Of a stretch of 64,000 nt of DNA, positions 1-11,682 are shown piece after piece. The notes beneath the pieces were generated by a model, which did no database searches, was not told the origin of the DNA, and saw only the letters and a program-made list of their open reading frames with translations. A program made the position numbers and the translations under genes. Each line of letters opens with the position of its first letter. Positions within the stretch are counted from its first letter, which is position 1. Source of the DNA: Octopus vulgaris (lineage: Eukaryota). Location: assembly GCA_951406725.2 (NCBI GenBank), contig OX597816.1, positions 118,606,001-118,670,000 on the forward strand, given 5' to 3'.

Positions 1-180
1 CACACACACACACATATGTACATACAACACACACACACACACACACATATGTACATACAACACACACACACACATATGTACATACAACACACACACACAC
101 ACACATATGTACATACAACACACACACACACACATATATACATACAACATATATATATACACACACACATATATACATAC
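1..180. repeat. CA-rich micro/minisatellite
   Basis: Repeated (ca)n-tatgtacatacaa units. Confidence 0.95.
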
Positions 181-678
181 ATGTTGGGCTATGGGAAAAT
201 ATTACCTTGCTTGAAAACAAGTGAAGTTTTGCAACAGAAAGGGCATCTAGACATAAAAAAATCTGCCTTGATAATTCCATGCAAGCATAGAAGATTGGTC
301 ATTAAAATAATGATAATGCTGCTGCTGATTATGATGATCGTGTGCGTGTGTGAATGAGTGAATTCATATTTACCCTTGTTTTCACATGTGTTTGCTGACT
401 GTAAACAATAGCCATGCTGTTCTTGCAGATGGTGATGTATACTTGATGTTTGCTATAAAAGCATGCCGGAGCTTATTCACATGTTGCTTGATCTTTATAC
501 ACAAAAGGTTAATTAATATAGTGTTGTTTAATACCAGTTGCCTGTGTAACCATATTCTGTTAATTATTCAATAGTCTGAGGAATTATTACCTTGATTGGA
601 AACTAGTAAGGATCAACATCAGAAAAGATGTCTAGCCTTACCAAAATCTGCCCCATGAAAGTATTGTAGGCATTAAAA

Positions 679-825
679 CAGGGATGGACAACCATTTTTG
701 AGAAGCAGGCTACATAATACATGGTTGATCATCAGACAGGCTGCACTACTAAAAAAAGAAGTAAAGGTAATTTTTTGTTAGGTGCTATTCAAAAGGTTCA
801 GCAGGCCACATCTTGCCCACAACTG
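679..825. mobile_element. hAT-like MITE, decayed
   Basis: Ends cagggatggacaa...ttgcccacaactg; 8-bp TSD cattaaaa/cactgaaa (6/8); related to 7000-7128. Confidence 0.6.
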
Positions 826-1254
826 CACTGAAACAATGATGACATGTAAATTTCTTATTGCTATAAACCTGGCTTTTTTTTTTTTTTTTTTGAGTTCTCT
901 ATTAATCATTCTGCACAAAAAGAATTCCCATGATATATAATAATCAGAGTATTAGGCTCATATTCACAAGATCAAGGGTTCAATTCTCAGATCAGGCAGA
1001 TGTTGTGACCTTGAGCAAGTCACTTTTTTCACATTGCCCAAGTTCACTCAGCTAGAAGACAGATGATAGCAACAGTCTGCTCCTCCTTCCAGCTGTCATA
1101 TTTCAGATGTTCTGTTGGGTCAACAGGTAAAGAATCATGATGATGTCAGTATCTATTTACAACTACATAGACACCTTAAACAATAAGTAAGGGTCTTGCA
1201 CATATCTGGAAGAAACCTTTGGCATGTATGTGTCAGTGTGTATGTATACATACA

Positions 1255-2560
1255 TCATCATCATTATTAAATGTCAAGGTCAGAAGATGTACCAGGTTCC
1301 ATTGTCTGTTTTGGTATGGCTTCTACTGTTGGACGCCCTTCCTAACACCAGACATACCACAGAGTGTACTGGGTACTTTTTTTATATGGCACCAGCCCCA
1401 GTGTTTTTTACATGGCACCAGCACTATTGCTTTTTATGTGGCACCAGCACCACTGCTTTTTACATGGCACCAACACTGACAGTGTCACCAAGTACCTCGC
1501 AAAACAAAAACCACTTAACTGGGAGGAGGAAAAGGAATTGAGGAGATGTAGATTTGTGTCAGTTGAGAGATTTAAGATAGAGGGAACAGATATAGGTGTC
1601 TTTGTTCAAGGGTAGATACATAGATACATGAGTTGGAAACCAAGGGAGAGTGATAGTGAGAGAGATGATGGTGGAGATGTGTCATTACATGCCCTCTAGG
1701 GACACTGGGGTGTGGGGTGAGAATAAGTAAGGTAGTATAGAGGTTTGGACTGAGTGAGTCAGTAGGATGAGGTGACTAGCAAATAGCAAGGAATATGTGA
1801 GAGGTTCAGGCAGCCAGGTTGCAGTAGGTATGTGAGAGCATTGAGGGTGATAGCAGGATGATGGAGAGCAGCACAGGTAAGGAAGAGAAAGTGCAGAAAG
1901 GAAGAGACAGTAGGTGGGGGAAGAAAGGTAACTAGATGGAGGGAATGTTGTATTTGCCTATTCTGCTCTCAGGTGATAGAGGAAATTATGGATATTAGGG
2001 AATGAAAAGCGGGGGAGGTTGACAGGATAAAGCCACTCATAGACATGCATTACCAAGGTGGTTTTAGGATATCAAATCTGATGTATTGAGCAGGTCCTAT
2101 TGAGTACAGCAAGGTCCCAGATATTTCAGTCCTTTGTCATCTCCTTCGTAGGGCTCAGCATTTTAAAATCAGCCTTCAATACTTCATCCTGTTTTCTTGG
2201 GACTCCCTCTTCCACGAGTTCCACCCACCTTGAAATGACTGGCACTTCTGTACGCAACTGTCCTCATCCATACATATTACATGACCAAACCAGTGCAGTC
2301 TTCTCTCTTGCATGCTATATCTAATTCCCTTTACGCCTAACTTTTTTCTCAATACAATAACATTGTTGCATATGTACACTGACATTGCACATCCACCAGG
2401 GCATACCAGCTTCATTCCTCTCTAGTCTTCACATATCTCACTACCATGGAGTGTATATGCATCATACAATCTTCCTTTCACTTGCAGAGAGAGAGCTTTG
2501 TTTAAAGCTCTCTGAACTTTCTTCATCTTACTCTTATTCTAGCAATTAGATTTTCAGTAG
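1255..2560 (-). mobile_element. Decayed 3' end of an RTE-clade LINE with (GAT)n tail
   Basis: Minus-strand remnant KKLGVKGIRYSMQERRLHWFGHVICMDEDSCVQKC; 3' UTR shared with many copies in the window. Confidence 0.7.
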
Positions 2561-2599
2561 ATCCTCCTCCACTGCTAATTAGGTCACCAAGGCTGCAAG

Positions 2600-2642
<43 letters not shown>

Positions 2643-2659
2643 TATATTCTTTTCTTTTT

Positions 2660-2998
2660 TTTTCCCTTTTACTTGTCTCAGTCATTTGACTGTGGCCCCA
2701 TGACTTATTCTTTGTAAGCCTAGTACTTATCCTGTCAGTCTCTTTTTCCAAACCGCCAAGTTGCAGGGATGTAAACGCACCAATATCGGTTGTCAAGCAA
2801 TAGTGTGGGGACAAACATATATATATATACACACACACACACAACAAGCTTCTTTCAGTTTCTGTCTACCAAATCCACTCACAAAACTTTGGTTGGCCTG
2901 AGGCTATAGCAGAAGGCACTTGCCCGAGGGTGCAACACAGTGGGACGGAACCTGGAACCATGAGGTTGGGAAGCAAGCTTCTTACCACACAGCCACAT
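2660..2998 (-). mobile_element. tRNA-derived SINE, family A
   Basis: Reverse complement of the family seen at 24948-25336. Confidence 0.85.
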
Positions 2999-3409
2999 CC
3001 TTTTCTAGACATCATGTGATTGTTGTAAACAGATATCACTGTTACACAAGAGTGGCTAATCATTTCTAGTCTTCTGTGATAGACATATTTAGCTATGCGA
3101 AAATTTTACTTTACTTAGAAACCAGTCAGGATTGGCAATAGGAAGGGCATCTGGCTGTCGAAAACTTGCCTCAAAAATATTTTCTGAACTATACAAATAT
3201 AGAAAAGCAAGCATTAAATGATGAATGTTAATGGTTTTAGAACTCTTGTGAAGTGAGCATACTTGTGTTCTTGATGTTTCAACTGCTCTTTTGTAACTCT
3301 CTCTTTCAAAGCACATGATTCTAGGTTCATTCCCATTGGATGGCATCTTGAGCAAATGTTTTCTAATATAGCACTGGACCAACCAAAGTTTTATCTGGTC
3401 TTCCACCTA

Positions 3410-3860
3410 GAGCATCAACAATTTCTCGATTCTAAAGACAGGCCCAAGTCACTTATTATTGTTGATAACATGGTGACTGAATCTTTTAGTAGCCATGAAT
3501 TAGTGGGAGCATTGACATTTTCTTGTCCTTTATGTTTTGTTTTCATTCTAATATTTCATATCAAACGACTTCCTTCATTTATTGCTGGATGTAGTACAGA
3601 TAGACAAATCTTCCCTCTTTACATCTCTGAGGGCAATGTCTGTAGAAGCTAAGAGAAATACTTACATGATTCTGAAATATAATTGAATCTGAGAGAAAGT
3701 GCAATTACTGCTGCCAGAAAATACTAACTCCCATGCGGTGCACAGAAAACTCTTGTACAGCATGCAGGGATATTTGAATTTTTTTCCCCATGTGGATATA
3801 TAACTTCAGTTAGTCATAAGTCACACAGAAAAGAAAATTAAATGTACTTGAATGATTTAT
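3410..3860 (+). pseudogene. Possible decayed Polinton/Maverick-type packaging ATPase fragment
   Basis: Ordered remnants across frames: SLIIVDNMVTE (Walker B-like), RNTYMIL, NLRESAITAARK, PCGYI; recognised from memory only. Confidence 0.35.
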
Positions 3861-3879
3861 GAGAGCAGTGTGAGCTATT

Positions 3880-4055
3880 TACAAGTGTTATATCATCAAG
3901 ATAATTGATGGTAGTGTGTTCAGTGAAAATTATAGCATGCAACTAAGTGTTCACCAGAGTTTGGTTCTTGGTCCTTTCTGTTGACTATTATCCTTTAGGC
4001 AATAATGAAAGCATTCAAGACTGGCTAACTGTGTATGGAGGAGCTCATGTGCATA
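3880..4055 (+). mobile_element. Highly decayed RTE reverse transcriptase fragment
   Basis: Nucleotide similarity to the VGVHQGSVLSPLLFII region at 31820-31900. Confidence 0.5.
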
Positions 4056-6527
4056 TTAACTCACACACACAGTTATCTTCTTGCATATAGTTGTCCATTG
4101 AATTTGATAACCATCTTCTCCTTCAAGTGTGGATCCTTTAATGACTACTGCTCAAAGAGCAGTAGCAATGGAGAACACAGGCATGTGGGCAACCAAAGAA
4201 CCATGACTGCTACCAGCTATGCTACACTTACTAACAAAACTACAGAAATTAGTTGTTGTTTTTTTTCTCATCATTGCTAACACGTGGCATCCTACTGCAA
4301 TGACAACAAAGACGTAAGATACATGTATGATGAAACTTCAAAGTGACATTGCTAGTAAGCATTTCCCAGTGTCACTATTTTCATGGTGAAGGAGGAGAGC
4401 CACTCGCTAGTGTAATGCAAGATGGCTAGAACCTCCCCCAACAACAGCAGTATAGGTACTTCTAAGAAGCCTTTTTTGTCAGTTAAAAGACTTCATTTCA
4501 TAAGTGTTCTTAGAGCTAACTACACCTGCAAGAGTTCCCAATTAGCTAGTCTTGAATGCTTTTATTATTGCCTGAAGACACTAAGAACCAAACCCTGGTG
4601 GACACCTAGCTTCATGCTATATTTTTCACTGAACTCACTCCCAGCTGTCATAACCCCTGTAAACGACTTTTACAGTGTGTGTATGTGGAAGAGGTAGACC
4701 CATGAAGACATGAAACAAAGTGATGTGAAAGGATCTGCAGACACTGGGACTCACAGGGAACTGAGATTCTTGGTGGTTTGCTTGAACATCAGGCTAAGTA
4801 AAAGTGTGGTTGAACTTACATACGGGCTGTCCCCCTGCATGCCTCTCCAACAGAGCATTGCTAACCTTGTGGGTTCATGGGTGCTGATGCCACATAAATG
4901 CACCTGTGTCGGTACTGCATAAAAGCACCCAATACACTCTGTAAAGTGGTTGGCATTAGGAAGAGCATCAAGCCATGCTAAAACAGACATGGAGCCTGGG
5001 CAGCTCCTGTCAAACCATCCAACTTATGCCAATGATGATGATGCTGATGATATCATGTTGCTCAGGTCCACTTTGGCATGATTTCTACAACTTTATGCTC
5101 TTTCAAAGCCCAACCACTGGGAACTTTTTTCACATTATCAGCACTAGTGAGGTTGTTATGTATGATAGTTTGCAAGACTATGAAGCCCATATGTGAGGAA
5201 TGTGAGGAAATGAGGGGTTGAAATATAAGAGAAAGGGCCAGATTAGAATAGGTCTCTTGTTGTGTGTGTGTGTGTGGGGGGTTCATGGCTACCTACATTT
5301 TAGAAGATAGGGTGGAGTAAGGAAGAGATAAAAATGAAGTGATGCCAGTGGTAGCTCTGTGTGAACCTTTGAGATGTGAGGTGAGTAGATGTGAATGGAC
5401 AAAAGAACGAAGGGTGGGGGTTAGATTGGGGGAGAGCATGGGTTAGTGAGAGATAGGAAATGAGTGAAGAAGTGAATATATTGAATGAAGAAATGTTGGA
5501 TGGATGACAAGTAGGAGAGGTAAGGGAAGTGAAGGTGACAAATGTAGAGACTGGATAGGATTGAGGGGTGGATGTGGAAGAGTGGATAAAGAGTAAGAGT
5601 GACCAATCATGCATGAGGGAGGAGAAGAGTGGCAGAATAGTAATGATGATACAGTAGACAGGGGAAGGATGAAAGCAAGATTGATGACAAGTGGTTAAAT
5701 AGAATATGAGTGTGGTGGAGCAGAGGCAGGTGTAGTGCATGGGGATGGTGAGAGGTTTTAGCCCAGAAGGAGGTGGGAGGTATATAAAATGTGAGTGGAA
5801 TACAATATTCAGGATGAGGAATAGTTATCAAGTGAAATGATTTTTGGTAAGGAAAAATAGCAATTAAAGAGATGAAAGTGGTGGGAGTATCTTGGAGAAA
5901 GAAATTGGACAAAGAGTTGTGCATATGTGTACACACACACACACACACACAGTTCTTCTAAAACTTAGTTCAGCTGAGTGAGTTGCATGGATCTTCTCAA
6001 GAACTATATATATCACTAATATCCTTCATGCTTCACATCCCATGTTGTTAAAAGTATCTTTGAGAGAGAAAAGGTAGAACTACTAGGAAATGCAATGGTA
6101 CCCACATTGGAAAACATGTATATCATTCATTTCTGAAGCTTACTGTCAATCCGTCCAAGACTTTTCGGAAACAAGATATTTGTATGTTGAACTGTTATGT
6201 TCTGTGGTATATACAATATTTTCCAGCATCCAAGTCAACATAGTATGCTATGTAAATGCTCAAACATTGTCTCTACCATTCTAAATCTTGTATTTCACAT
6301 GGACTGTTTTGCCCTTCAAAGCTGCCTCAGTGTATAAGGTTAACTACCTCTTTTGGCTGTAAATTTTGGTCAAAAAAAATTCAAGTTGTATGCCACAGTT
6401 CAATTAGTACAACCCGTTTTCTTTTTATCTTGCATGTGCGTGCTCTTTGGATAGTTTCTGGCTCCGTAGTTATTTAACCAGCATAAAGCAACCATAGCTA
6501 AGAACAATAATCTGAGAAACTAAGATG

Positions 6528-6624
6528 AAATTTCTTCCAGAAAACCAACATGATTTCTGCTTTTATTCACAATAAGAAATTTCTTCCGGAAAAATCAACG
6601 TGATTTCTGCTATTATTCACAATA
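6528..6624. repeat. Tandem duplication of ~48 bp
   Basis: gaaatttcttcc.gaaaa.caac.tgatttctgct.ttattcacaata occurs twice. Confidence 0.85.
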
Positions 6625-6999
6625 CTCTAAAGACCCATCCTACTCGTCTTCTGTAAGTTTTATTTTTTATTTTTTTTTACCATTTACATCTTATTTACAT
6701 GGACCAATGAATCATTACAATTCCAGGATTCCACAAAGTCTCTGACTCTGGTTCTGCAGTTAGTTCCAGTCCTGTGTATTCTGGCTGAACTTTGTTGAAA
6801 GGTCAATAGCTAAGAGGTAGAAACCTTACTCAACTGAATTTCACTCCTGTTTTCTTTGGCCCATCTGAATACAGCATCACGGTCCTCTTAAGATCTTTTG
6901 TGGCCTTTTACAGTCATTTGATATCTTACTATCATCGGCATAGACTAAATAACTGACTGTGCAGACAAATGAGAGTATATCCGATATAAATATCTAAAC

Positions 7000-7128
7000 C
7001 AGTCATGGGCAAATGGCAACCTGCAGGACTTTCTGAATGACACGCCTTAGTTTAATAGCAGTGCGATCCGTCTGGTAATGGGCCGTGTCTCATGCAGCCC
7101 GCTTCTCGAAAAAGATTGTCCATGCCTG
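7000..7128. mobile_element. hAT-like MITE
   Basis: TIR cagtcatgggcaa/ttgtccatgcctg; perfect 8-bp TSD atctaaac at 6992-6999 and 7129-7136. Confidence 0.85.
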
Positions 7129-7458
7129 ATCTAAACAATAGAATGAGTACCACTGTTTGGACGCAACAACTTGACTTTCTGCTTTGTGGGAAGCCATATA
7201 GCTACTCGCGCGCGCACGCGTGCGTGTGTAACATATATGAACATACACACGACTGTACGCACATATAATATATCCACACCTTAATCCTGTTCTAATACAC
7301 ACATGCAGGTATCTGAATGTCTCTTGGTTATGTTAAATTTTAAAAAAAAAGGGGGGGGGTACAAAAAAGGAGGTCTTGCCAAACATTTTTTTTTTCTTTT
7401 TTAAAGAAATATTGGACAATGTAGAGCTTGATATACAAAAAAAAAAAAGACGGTCTGA

Positions 7459-7597
7459 TCATAACTGGAACAGCTTTAATCGATTAGAAGATAAAGAACA
7501 ACAAATAGCCTAAATATGGCATCCATCACAAATTTGGGAATGTTTATTTATTGTGAATATGTTTCCGTAATTATCAGCAAAACTTTACTTTCAAATA
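7459..7597 (-). CDS. Putative last coding exon 8 (H-I*K*SFADNYG...CDGCHI*AICC...)
   Basis: CATCAG| acceptor after an 81-nt microsatellite-containing intron; stops TGA 7593-7591, TAA 7587-7585, TAG 7512-7510. The true terminator (TGA 7461-7459) and the frame are uncertain. Confidence 0.45.
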
Positions 7598-7634
7598 CTG
7601 ATGGTGTGTATATATGAAGACGTGATGTGCGTGC

Positions 7635-7669
<35 letters not shown>

Positions 7670-7678
7670 TAGACATAC

Positions 7679-7905
7679 TGGAGTGAATTGAAATTATAAA
7701 TATTAAATGTACACATTGAAAGAGCCAACACAATACTCCACAGTAGTTTGTTTGTTTTTTTTATTATAGTCGGGTTCATATTTTAACCACGGTTACCTGA
7801 TGTCATGATGACAAAGTGTGAGTAAGCGAGGAGAAATATCGTTGCCAAATATAACCCTATCTCTAACCAGGTTTTCTTTGTACGGTCCATTAAACCGTAC
7901 CAAGG
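7679..7905 (-). CDS. Coding exon 7 (227 nt, PWYGLMDR...FNSL-H)
   Basis: (CT)n tract then TTGATTAG| acceptor; two TM-like segments; TAA at 7785-7783; donor CCA|GTATGT just before a microsatellite. A possible internal donor CAG|GTAACC lies at 7797/7796. Confidence 0.65.
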
Positions 7906-8225
7906 CTAATCAAGAATGCAGAGAGAGAGAGAGAGAGAGAGATCCTTAAAAGCAGCCACCTCCTCATAGTTGTAGCAGACCTTAACTTAAAGCATTGAAG
8001 AAAAAAAAAAGAGCCGTTCCTTTATGAATATCCTAGCCTTGTTTCATTGCAAAGACAAAAAAAAAATCTTTCAAAGAATATATTATATTCAGATCAAAAT
8101 ATCGGGGTCAGACTAGTATCAAATAAAAATTAAAAAATAAATACGAAGTAATCTAGAACAAGTATTTGAATTGATCACTATATGTGTGTGTGTATGTGCG
8201 TTGTGTTTATATATTATAAACATAT

Positions 8226-8289
8226 TTCTTGGTGAAGAACGTATATAGAACAGTTCACCATCTTTCACTTCCTTATAATCACGTCTGCG
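8226..8289 (-). CDS. Putative coding exon 6 (64 nt, I-ADVIIRK*KMVNCSIYVLHQE) with non-canonical AT donor
   Basis: Acceptor CCTTATTTTTAG|; TGA at 8267-8265; ends GAA|ATATGT, which is GTATGT after one A>G. An alternative frame from the CAG acceptor 5 nt downstream (T*L*GSERW*TVLYTFFTKKY) cannot be excluded. Confidence 0.5.
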
Positions 8290-8536
8290 CTAAAAATAAG
8301 GATACACGTGTGAGTGGTTACACAAATGTTGAAATCAAAATCTGGTTTTTTTAGCACTGAACAAATGTAAAAACGTGTGCGTATGTGACTGCAATTTTTC
8401 TTTTCTTTCTAATTCTCTGAACCCTTCCTTTATAAAGAAGAGTTAGATTCTAACCAAGAAACAAAGCTCCACTGTTGGAATTTAGATGAAAACAACAGCT
8501 AAGAGATACATTTTGATTTTTAGCAATGTCTCATAC

Positions 8537-8559
8537 ATTTTCACCGTTCCCCTTATAGA
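8537..8559 (-). CDS. Putative micro-exon 5 (23 nt, SIRGTVK-I)
   Basis: Branch-point-like GCTAAC upstream, TTCAG| acceptor with a weak pyrimidine tract, donor AAT|GTATGA; phase fits exon 6. Confidence 0.45.
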
Positions 8560-8735
8560 CTGAATTTATATAGTTCGTGTTAGCTGATCGCTTTTTTGTG
8601 CGTGTATATATATAAAATTTGTTTATCTGCTTATATATATATATAATTAACTGCTTATTAACGAAATAACCAAACATTCACATATCTAGAGTAAGCTTTA
8701 TTGACATAGGAAAGGTTTTCCTAATAGAAATTTAC

Positions 8736-8772
8736 CATGGGAATAGAGAAAAATACGAGCAGGTGCGCACTA
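8736..8772 (-). CDS. Coding exon 4 (37 nt, D-SAHLLVFFSIPM)
   Basis: Acceptor TACTTTCAG| (tandem CAG|TAG), donor ATG|GTAAAT; gives the required phase 2 to phase 0 change; open frame. Confidence 0.65.
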
Positions 8773-9000
8773 CTGAAAGTATAATTTTTCTATCCTTTCA
8801 TCATTGTATACCTTTGACTTTTGTTTCTATTTATAATTCCTTTTATCTATTTCTGTTGCCGACGTATTATTTAATATCTTATTATTATTATTATCCGCAT
8901 CATAACTACCAGCATCATGAAAATGCTTGAAAGAGGACTACGGGAGTGATTGACAACAAACCGCTGAGATATAGATAGACCTGCCACCCTCTCAACTCAC

Positions 9001-9108
9001 TCCAGAGATGCGCAGTCTTGCCAAACAACAGGCAGCCCAGGCTTGTCTGGATATTACTCGATGATACCACCACTGGCACACTGTAAACCTTGCACCGTTT
9101 CGAAGAAC
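9001..9108 (-). CDS. Coding exon 3 (108 nt, FFETVQGLQC...WQDCASL-D)
   Basis: T-rich tract then GCGCAG| acceptor; donor GGA|GTGAGT; GC-rich block within AT-rich introns; TAA at 9056-9054. Confidence 0.8.
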
Positions 9109-10228
9109 CTGCGCCAAATAAATAGTACATGAAACAAGAAAAAAAAAAAGCTAACATAATGTAATGCTCACAGCTTAACATCATAAGTACGGAGAGGAAA
9201 CCATAAAAGAAACATATGTACAATATACATGTATAACGAGGTTACACTAACATGCACATACAAATCTATGAAAGTGTATGTATATGTGTATATATATGTA
9301 TATATATATATAAACACAAATGGGGAAAAGACGAACAATGTTTATATGTACGAGTGGGAATGTGTGTACGAGTGTGTGTGTATATATATATATATATGCA
9401 TGTATGTATGTATGTATATATACACACATATAAACAGCGTTTATATACGCGTGTTATATGTGTGAGAAGAGACGCTCGTTGAAATTCATAACTAAAGACC
9501 TCGACTTTTATATATATATATATATATATACTAAATACGTATTGCTTTTTAAATCAGTAGGAATGGTAGTGGACAAAAATGCATGCTTTCGTTTGACTCA
9601 AGACAGATATAAACAAATACATCGTAAATACATAAATAAAACAATGACCTTAAACTATAAAGAGATAAGGATAATAATAGCAAAATAACAAAACAAAAAC
9701 ACTATGGTCTATGAAAAAAAAATTAAGCAAGACTTGCTACGCAACAAAGAGCCTTCGTCTTCATACCACAATAAACAAAACAAAACAAGCTATGTCCCTC
9801 GCCTTCTACTGTATCTATTTATGAAGGAAAAACGAAGGCCATGGAAACTAATAGGATAGAGACAGAGGAAAGAAGAATAAACATTCATCAGATAACACCA
9901 TCACACTCATACAATAAAATGCAAAACTTCAGTTTCGTAATTTTAATATCCTCATGATCAAATTAATATTTGGTCAGTACCCGAGTCTATGTTTATATTA
10001 AAATATAGCACAGTAAAAAAATTTCATTCGTTTGAAGTCTTTTTATTTTTTTTATATTTTTATCTGATGATATATGTGTATACAGTTTTTTCATGTTTTT
10101 TTTTCATATAAATCAAGGACTAGGAGTGGACAAAAGCAACAAAATGCAAAATGAGATGTGATTGAAAGATAATAATAATAAAAAAAAGATACATTTATGC
10201 TTTTGCTTTGGTCAAGAAAATATGTGTG

Positions 10229-10259
<31 letters not shown>

Positions 10260-10462
10260 ATGTAAGGTTGCCTTAGTGAATACAAGAGCATATATCTAAT
10301 AATAAATAACGCACCATGTTAGCTAGATACAATATATTCCGTTGTTATTGTTAATACTGGTGGTATGAATATGCGTGTGTGTGAGTGTGTGTGTGTATAT
10401 GAAAGATATGGTATCTCTCCTTGTATGCGTGTTGATATATAGACGTGTGTGTGTGGACTTAC

Positions 10463-10611
10463 CTTGGGAAAGCTCTCCAGGCAGTAGTACTTCACATCAT
10501 GTGCAGTTAGATGCAATATCAGGCAGCAACAGCAGGAAGTCTTAGGACATTGTAATAAACCCGAGGTAAGTAAATAGCCACGGTTGCTGCCAAAATTATG
10601 TATGTTGTGAA
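10463..10611 (-). CDS. Coding exon 2 (149 nt, FTTYIILAAT...AWRAFP-R)
   Basis: Acceptor TTGTTTTCTATGTAG|, donor AAG|GTAAGT; begins with a hydrophobic TM-like segment; stops TGA 10521-10519, TAA 10509-10507, TGA 10494-10492. Confidence 0.8.
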
Positions 10612-10989
10612 CTACATAGAAAACAAGCATACATGGACTTATTATATTTCTTTCACTTGTTCACTCTCTGTCTATTTATGTTGTGGTTGATCTCAAACAA
10701 AAGAGAACTCGAGAATACGTAGTTTTTTTGTAACGCTACCTCCGATTGGTTCGATTCGATGACGCAAAAATTGCTTTATTTCAACCGCAACAAAATAGAA
10801 GTCGATTTAATTTGAAGAATAAAGACTTTCCAATAACACAAGGCTCTAGAAATAGTCTTTATATACTTCTTATGACTATTTTCTCCTTTTTTCAAACCAG
10901 GTATTGTCTCAAAAGAGGTTTCTTATATACCTAACAGTAGTCGTAAGCTATCAAGAGAAATAACCAATGAAAAGCAGTTTTGCTCACGT

Positions 10990-11098
10990 AAAAAGGACCA
11001 TGTGGATACTTCCTCAATGTTTTGGTCTGAATGTGACGTCATAGAAAGAGACAAGAGATAAACAGTAACAAACCTAGCAAGTTTGTTTTCAGGGATTG
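10990..11098 (-). promoter_or_regulatory. Intronic element complementary to exon 1 (candidate editing complementary sequence)
   Basis: 10990-11042 is the reverse complement of 12159-12211 at 51/53 nt, and both differences are G-U wobbles on the minus-strand RNA. Imperfect pairing continues about 55 nt further across the exon 1 donor. Confidence 0.75.
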
Positions 11099-11489
11099 TT
11101 TACTGTTTACTTTCGCTCGATCTTTTTTTTTATTTAATCTAATATTCCAGTCTTTAACTTCTTTCTAAATATTCTTATCTTTTATATGACAAATTAATAA
11201 TACATTATTTCGATTTATTTCAAGGCCTTTTTTTTAAAATGTATTTATTTATTCGTAGTTCGCAGTAACAGTGACTTTCGCTCATATCCTCCTTGTAGTG
11301 CATAAAGAAGCATATCAGAATTGTTATCAATGAATTTGTTGAATAATATTTTGTCTCGATCCAAAAGAAAAACATTCAGAGATGTTTATTTCTTCTAAAA
11401 CAACATACTATCATCAGCAACAGATTCTGTTATTGTTTTTCTTTTCTATCTCTTTTTCTTTTTGTTCTTGCTGGTAATATTTAATTGTG

Positions 11490-11682
11490 TATATGGCAGG
11501 CAGGATGCCTTGCCATATTGTATCCTGTTTGTGAGTTCAAATTCCGTTGGAGTCGACTTTGTCTTTCATCCTCACTGGATCGATAAAATAAGTAAGTACC
11601 AGTCAAGTACTGAGGTCGATCTTAATCCACAATAGCCATCCCACCCCCAAAACTCCTCTGGCTTTGTGTCTACGTTAGAAAT
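11490..11682 (+). mobile_element. Truncated SINE, family B, in intron 1 of the cryptic gene
   Basis: gagttcaaattcc...gtcgactttgtctttcatcc...gataaaa...gtaccagt core, as at 17140. Confidence 0.75.

Noticed and set aside
7906-8225. U12-type AT-AC intron
   Set aside because: The donor is ATATGT rather than ATATCC, the intron ends in AG, and no properly spaced U12 branch point is visible.
10480-10571. Plus-strand exon ending at GAG|GTAAGT (10565)
   Set aside because: Stops in all three frames and no partner exons found; better explained as the complement of the minus-strand donor. An antisense non-coding exon is not excluded.
8915-10630. Listed stop-free ORFs over exons 2 and 3 (8915-9223, 10319-10630)
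   Set aside because: They run through splice sites into microsatellites, and their frames do not connect in phase with exons 1 and 4.
11035-11042. TGACGTCA CRE motif (also 12160-12167) and nearby CCAAT boxes as a promoter
   Set aside because: One copy is coding sequence and the other is its pairing partner; no independent promoter evidence.
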